Shown one piece after another: positions 60,827 through 64,000 of a DNA stretch of 64,000 nucleotides; the first letter of the stretch is position 1; every line of letters begins with the position of its first letter. Position numbers and translations under genes: made by a program. The DNA is from a virus. Where the stretch lies: the IMG/VR virus record IMGVR_UViG_3300026290_000001. One strand, given 5' to 3'. The notes below the pieces were generated by a model. It saw nothing but the letters and a program-made list of their open reading frames with translations, was not told where the DNA came from and did no database searches.

Positions 60827-61060
60827 TTAACAGATTTTGCTAGGTTCAATAGTTTGACGGTAATCAGAGAGATAAACGACTTTAGGATGGTTAATACGTT
60901 GCCATTTAAGTTGTTCTTCTCTGATCCGTCTTTTTTCTTCTATTTTAATGTTCTTGTTGTATTGCTTTATTTCTTTTCTAAATCTCTTATCTCTTTCAGC
61001 AACAATTTGAAAGTAAATCCAGGTAATTATTAGAATACCTATTCCAATTAAAATTTTCAT
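60827..61060 (-). CDS. small membrane-anchored basic protein
   Basis: N-terminal TM ILIGIGILIITWIYFQIV followed by a Lys/Arg/Glu-rich helix. RBS AAAGGAAG. Preferred over the antisense ORF at 60752-61033. Confidence 0.45.
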   Translation of the reverse strand: MKILIGIGILIITWIYFQIVAERDKRFRKEIKQYNKNIKIEEKRRIREEQLKWQRINHPKVVYLSDYRQTIEPSKIC

Positions 61061-61262
61061 TTACATCTTCCTTTCTTAAATTTTGCTCCAATCATTATCA
61101 TAATGTTTATATCCTTGTGGTTTATTTAGTAATGCTTCTTTTATAGTTGCATGTTCAGAGATAATTTTTCACTTTCAGTTTCCTATACATAACCGTTTTC
61201 ATTGATGATAAAGTTATACCAAGGTACTAATAATGCTATTGGCATTGCAACTCTCCTTAATA

Positions 61263-61424
61263 TCATTTCCATTCATTAACATCTCCTTTATGATTTGATC
61301 TATATGGATTGTTTGAATTTCTGGAGTAAGGATTTGTGTGGGTGAACCACCATTGTTGAATGTAGAAAGAAAAATAGGATATCGTTTCTTGTGGATTAAT
61401 ACCTATCCAGTCTAGAAAAAACAT
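61263..61424 (-). CDS. small hypothetical protein (53 aa), first gene of the leftward operon
   Basis: Not in the ORF track. ATG at 61422-61424 lies 8 nt after AAGGAGG; translates MFFLDWIGINPQETISYFSFYIQQWWFTHTNPYSRNSNNPYRSNHKGDVNEWK*. Confidence 0.4.
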   Translation of the reverse strand: MFFLDWIGINPQETISYFSFYIQQWWFTHTNPYSRNSNNPYRSNHKGDVNEWK

Positions 61425-61440
61425 TGTAGGTAAACCTCCT

Positions 61441-62100
61441 TTCTATGTGGAAATGTGTGTAGAAATATATATGGAATTTATATAGTTAAATGTGTTATTT
61501 GATTGATTAATAATATGATTTATTTTTAGATTTTAGAAATGGTAAGTTGTGGATTGTAGGATGGGTTATAAATATGTTTTTAAAGCAAATTTAATTATTT
61601 AGTTTATTTGTAGTCGGGAAGGTATGTGGAACAGGAAGGAATAATTGAGCAGAAAGTAGAATGAATATTGATATATTGGGAGTTTAGATAGTTTTTAGGC
61701 ATGAATTTTGTGTTAATTTTGATTATTGGAAGATTGATACAGAAGGTTGATTTTTTGTTGTCGGGGAAATTGAGATGAAGTGGTGAATTTTTAGGGTGGT
61801 TTTTTATTGAGTTTATAAAGGAATTTGAGTGTAGAAATGGTGATTAGGTGGGAGGTAAGGGGTAAGGGTAGGGAGAGAGGAAATAGGGTGGTTTTAGAGT
61901 GGATTTTGTTGGAGTTTTGTTATAAAGATTGTGGGATTTTTGTTTTTGGGAGTGGGAGGATATTGGGAGAATGTAGATGGGATGGATGTAGGTGAGATGG
62001 ATGGTTTGACGAGTGAGAGACGATGTGAATTTTGGTGGTTTTAGGGATATTTTATGTTGTCGGTATGGAATTTTTGTTTATGTGTGGAATAGATGTGATA
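61441..62100. other. 660-bp cytosine-depleted (plus strand) non-coding tract
   Basis: Hand count finds 11 C in 660 nt, and none from 61763 to 62009 (247 nt). G-rich, with the G4 motif GGGaggtaaGGGGtaaGGGtaGGG at 61850-61873. No ORF on either strand. Confidence 0.8.
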
Positions 62101-62101
62101 G

Positions 62102-62115
62102 CGAACATATGTTCG
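62102..62115. promoter_or_regulatory. LexA (Cheo/SOS) box, perfect consensus
   Basis: CGAACATATGTTCG, the 14-bp palindromic consensus of Gram-positive LexA/DinR operators. Confidence 0.7.
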
Positions 62116-62283
62116 ATTAAAGTGACCGGAAATTTGTAAACTGGGGGTGGTATGGGTAGGTATATATAATACTGATATAATAATAGCACATGACAGGCTA
62201 TAACTCCCGGTATAATGGCATTAGCAAGCTATCTGATAATGCAATATAATGTATGATTATATTGTATTGGGTGAATTGGATCG

Positions 62284-62337
62284 GGGAAATAGCAGGGAAA
62301 ATAAGTGGGAAATAACCTGGGAAGCTGGTAGGGAAAT
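62284..62337 (+). repeat. iteron-like array: five GGGAA(A/G) repeats at 11-12-bp spacing
   Basis: Repeats start at 62284, 62295, 62307, 62319 and 62331 (GGGAAAT, GGGAAAA, GGGAAAT, GGGAAG, GGGAAAT). Further single copies lie at 61764 and 62440. Confidence 0.65.
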
Positions 62338-62426
62338 GACTGATCAGGAAGCATCAAAAAAACTGGTAGTATCGGTAATGAAAATAGTAAAGATAATAAG
62401 TTGTCGTGGAAATCGTTTTTAATAAC

Positions 62427-62440
62427 AGAACAGATGTTCG
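62427..62440. promoter_or_regulatory. LexA (Cheo/SOS) box, one mismatch
   Basis: AGAACAGATGTTCG has the GAAC-N4-GTTC core. It lies 46 nt upstream of the -35 of the rightward promoter. Confidence 0.55.
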
Positions 62441-62485
62441 GGAAATGATTATAAATTAATAAAATAAAAATAATTATAAAAATAC

Positions 62486-62514
62486 TTGCATCTATGTTGG
62501 CAATATGATAGTAT
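62486..62514 (+). promoter_or_regulatory. sigma-A-type promoter with extended -10 for the rightward operon
   Basis: TTGCAT (62486-62491), a 17-nt spacer, then TG-n-TAGTAT (-10 at 62509-62514). Shares the 14-mer AATATGATAGTATA with the moron promoter. Confidence 0.5.
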
Positions 62515-62600
62515 AGTATATAGATATGATCTTTGATAATAGCATAGTAACCTTAGTTTGCCTTACGCAAGCTATCTTTACAAGAAAGGAGGTGGCACGA

Positions 62601-62726
62601 ATGATAATGACTGAAAAAATGAACATAGAAATTGAAAACATTGAAAACATTTTAGCTGATAATGAACTATCCGATACAGAAAAAATCAAGCTTATTGAAC
62701 AGACTATAAAAGCAATAAGAAGGTAA
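62601..62726 (+). CDS. 41-aa helical peptide, copy 1
   Basis: ATG at 62601 lies 8 nt after AGGAGGTG; translates MIMTEKMNIEIENIENILADNELSDTEKIKLIEQTIKAIRR*. The longer track ORF starting at 62526 lacks an RBS. Confidence 0.5.
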   Translation: MIMTEKMNIEIENIENILADNELSDTEKIKLIEQTIKAIRR

Positions 62727-62751
62727 TACCTTAAATAAAAATAGGAAGGAG

Positions 62752-62940
62752 GTGAAAAAAATGAAATTATCAAAAATTGATAACAACGGCATAACCTTAT
62801 ATCTAACAATCATAAACGGCATTAACATGCTAACCGGAAACCCTGCTAAAGCTCTAAAATTTGAAACAGCTAAAGCAGCAAACAATTATAAAAACAATCT
62901 CACTCATCCAAACTTGCAGGGATTACAAGTAAGTCTATAA
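62752..62940 (+). CDS. hypothetical protein
   Basis: 62 aa with RBS GGAAGGAGGTG. Sits between the two copies of the 41-aa peptide gene. Confidence 0.5.
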   Translation: MKKMKLSKIDNNGITLYLTIINGINMLTGNPAKALKFETAKAANNYKNNLTHPNLQGLQVSL

Positions 62941-62979
62941 AACCGAGATTTTATCTTAACAGGAAAAGAGGTGAAAAAA

Positions 62980-63105
62980 ATGATAATGACTGAAAAAATG
63001 AACATAGAAATTGAAAACATTGAAAACATTTTAGCTGATAATGAATTAACAGATAGTGAAAAAATCCAGTATATTGAACAGACTATAAAAGCAATAAGGA
63101 GGTAA
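62980..63105 (+). CDS. 41-aa helical peptide, copy 2
   Basis: Not in the ORF track. ATG at 62980 after AAGAGGTG; translates MIMTEKMNIEIENIENILADNELTDSEKIQYIEQTIKAIRR*. It differs from copy 1 at 4 residues. Confidence 0.5.
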   Translation: MIMTEKMNIEIENIENILADNELTDSEKIQYIEQTIKAIRR

Positions 63106-63199
63106 TACCTTTTACCCGATAGCACTCACACCATAACAGAGTGCTATTCGTAAAGGGTATTAAAAACCCTAAAAATAAAATTAGAAGGGAATTGATAAA

Positions 63200-63670
63200 A
63201 TGGCAAAGCAAATAACGAGTGAATTAGAGGGTAAATGGTATAAAATTCCAGATTATAAAATAATGTTAGTGCGAGATAGCAATATAACAGCCGACAAAAA
63301 AAGAATATCTCATCCTAATGATGTTGTCAATGTATTCCAAACATATTTAGAAGGTTTAGACAGAGAACATTTTTGCATTGCTATGCTAGATAGAAAAAAT
63401 AATATTTTAGGTATTAATACGGTATCAATAGGTAGTATAAGTGCAAGTATAGTTCACCCGCGCGAAGTTTTTAAACCAGCTATTATAATTGGTGCATCAA
63501 GTATTATCCTTTGTCATAATCACCCAAGTGGTGATACAATGCCAAGCAATGAAGATATAACAATAACAAGAAAATTAGTAGAAGGCGGAAAACTACTAAA
63601 TATTGAAATACTTGATCATGTTATTATTGGCGATAATTATTACAGTATGAAGGAAAAAGGAATTATTTAA
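63200..63670 (+). CDS. radC: RadC-like JAB/MPN-domain protein
   Basis: HNHPSGDTMPSNEDITITRKL is the RadC (UPF0758) JAMM-like signature, and LDHVIIG occurs near the C-terminus. Confidence 0.85.
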   Translation: MAKQITSELEGKWYKIPDYKIMLVRDSNITADKKRISHPNDVVNVFQTYLEGLDREHFCIAMLDRKNNILGINTVSIGSISASIVHPREVFKPAIIIGASSIILCHNHPSGDTMPSNEDITITRKLVEGGKLLNIEILDHVIIGDNYYSMKEKGII

Positions 63671-63778
63671 TAACAATAAAATACTAGCAGGAAATAAAAT
63701 CCTGCTACATGGTATAACAGCAATGCTATATCATGTAAGAGGATTTTAAAAAAAACATTAAGGAGGTGAATAATAACA

Positions 63779-63979
63779 ATGAGTAGAAAAACCTATATTG
63801 ATAATAACGGATTTTTGCGGTATGAAGATACATGTAAGATAGTACCAAACCAACCAGACAACAAACTAGCATTAAACGAAATGTATAATATTTTTGGTAA
63901 CAGCAGTAAGAACCAACCAGAATTATCCATAGACGAAATGAATTATCTTGAAGGTAGATGTATTAAAGACTTTAATTAA
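63779..63979 (+). CDS. hypothetical protein
   Basis: 66 aa with RBS AAGGAGGTG. No motif recognised. Confidence 0.45.
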   Translation: MSRKTYIDNNGFLRYEDTCKIVPNQPDNKLALNEMYNIFGNSSKNQPELSIDEMNYLEGRCIKDFN

Positions 63980-64000
63980 TACCTTGTTAAAGTGCATTAG

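Noticed and set aside
60752-61033. A plus-strand 93-aa ORF opposite the gene at 60827-61060.
   Set aside because: It has no RBS and a low-complexity Phe/Leu-rich translation. The minus-strand partner has an RBS, a clean N-terminal TM helix and operon context.
61081-61262. Short minus-strand reading frames between the 53-aa and 77-aa genes. These include MPIALLVPWYNFIINENGYV* with a good RBS, followed in another frame by ..IISEHATIKEALLNKPQGYKHYDNDWSKI*. They were considered as one frameshifted gene.
   Set aside because: The second frame has no start codon and is preceded by two in-frame stops. Joining the frames would need an unsupported frameshift. This may be a decayed gene, but I cannot support a feature call.
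11733-63114. Recurrent short repeats (the intergenic 11-mer, the duplicated terminators and the 41-aa gene repeats), considered as a CRISPR array or array remnant.
   Set aside because: The repeats are dispersed over tens of kb or occur only twice. They are not separated by uniform 25-40-bp spacers and each has another clear context (gene spacers, terminators or coding repeats). No cas genes other than the Cas9-related iscB are present.
62492-63125. Two minus-strand ORFs (62492-62809 and 62904-63125) encoding similar hydrophobic peptides (..YLLIAFIVCSI..SLSAKMFSMFSISMFIFSVIII..), which could be read as a duplicated membrane-protein gene. Also the overlapping ORFs 62526-62726 (long form) and 62667-62885.
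   Set aside because: The similarity is the antisense image of the plus-strand direct repeat that encodes the 41-aa peptides. The plus-strand genes have strong RBSs and follow the promoter, while the minus-strand ORFs have neither.

Overview
Very AT-rich (I did not compute GC) tailed-phage or prophage DNA of a low-GC Firmicutes type. The endolysin carries an SLH wall-binding domain, and two Cheo-type LexA boxes are present. All function calls come from motifs I read in the supplied translations; no database search was run.

Almost every gene is on the minus strand. Reading that strand from right to left:
- A 1.4 kb divergent non-coding control region (61.1-62.5 kb).
- A tyrosine recombinase, an HNH-AP2 endonuclease and three orphan DNA methyltransferases.
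- A CoiA-like nuclease and a YonO / cellular-RdRP-like two-barrel RNA polymerase.
- An Hsp20-like gene, tRNA-Thr and a metallophosphoesterase.
- Terminase, portal, capsid and tail genes, including a 2014-aa tape measure, Dit and a Tal-like protein.
- A fibre cluster, then a lysis cassette (XhlA-like, holins, amidase-SLH endolysin).

The plus strand carries a nucleotide-metabolism trio at the left edge and an SOS-boxed early operon with a RadC-like gene at the right edge.

Most notable observations:
1. An apparently intact IscB (OMEGA RNA-guided nuclease) with a structured upstream omega-RNA-like region sits between tail genes.
2. A receptor-binding protein ends in an Mtd/DGR-type variable-region signature, but no template repeat or reverse transcriptase is in the window.
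3. That protein lies in a GC-richer cassette that also carries a tyrosine recombinase.
4. A 660-bp tract almost devoid of C, containing a G-quadruplex motif, lies beside an iteron array and the LexA boxes.
5. An 11-mer recurs exactly seven times in minus-strand intergenic spacers, making it a candidate phage-specific promoter or processing signal.
6. A promoter-to-terminator unit predicts a small RNA antisense to the lysis-gene leader.
7. A plus-strand lipoprotein moron shares a domain type with the tape-measure C-terminus.
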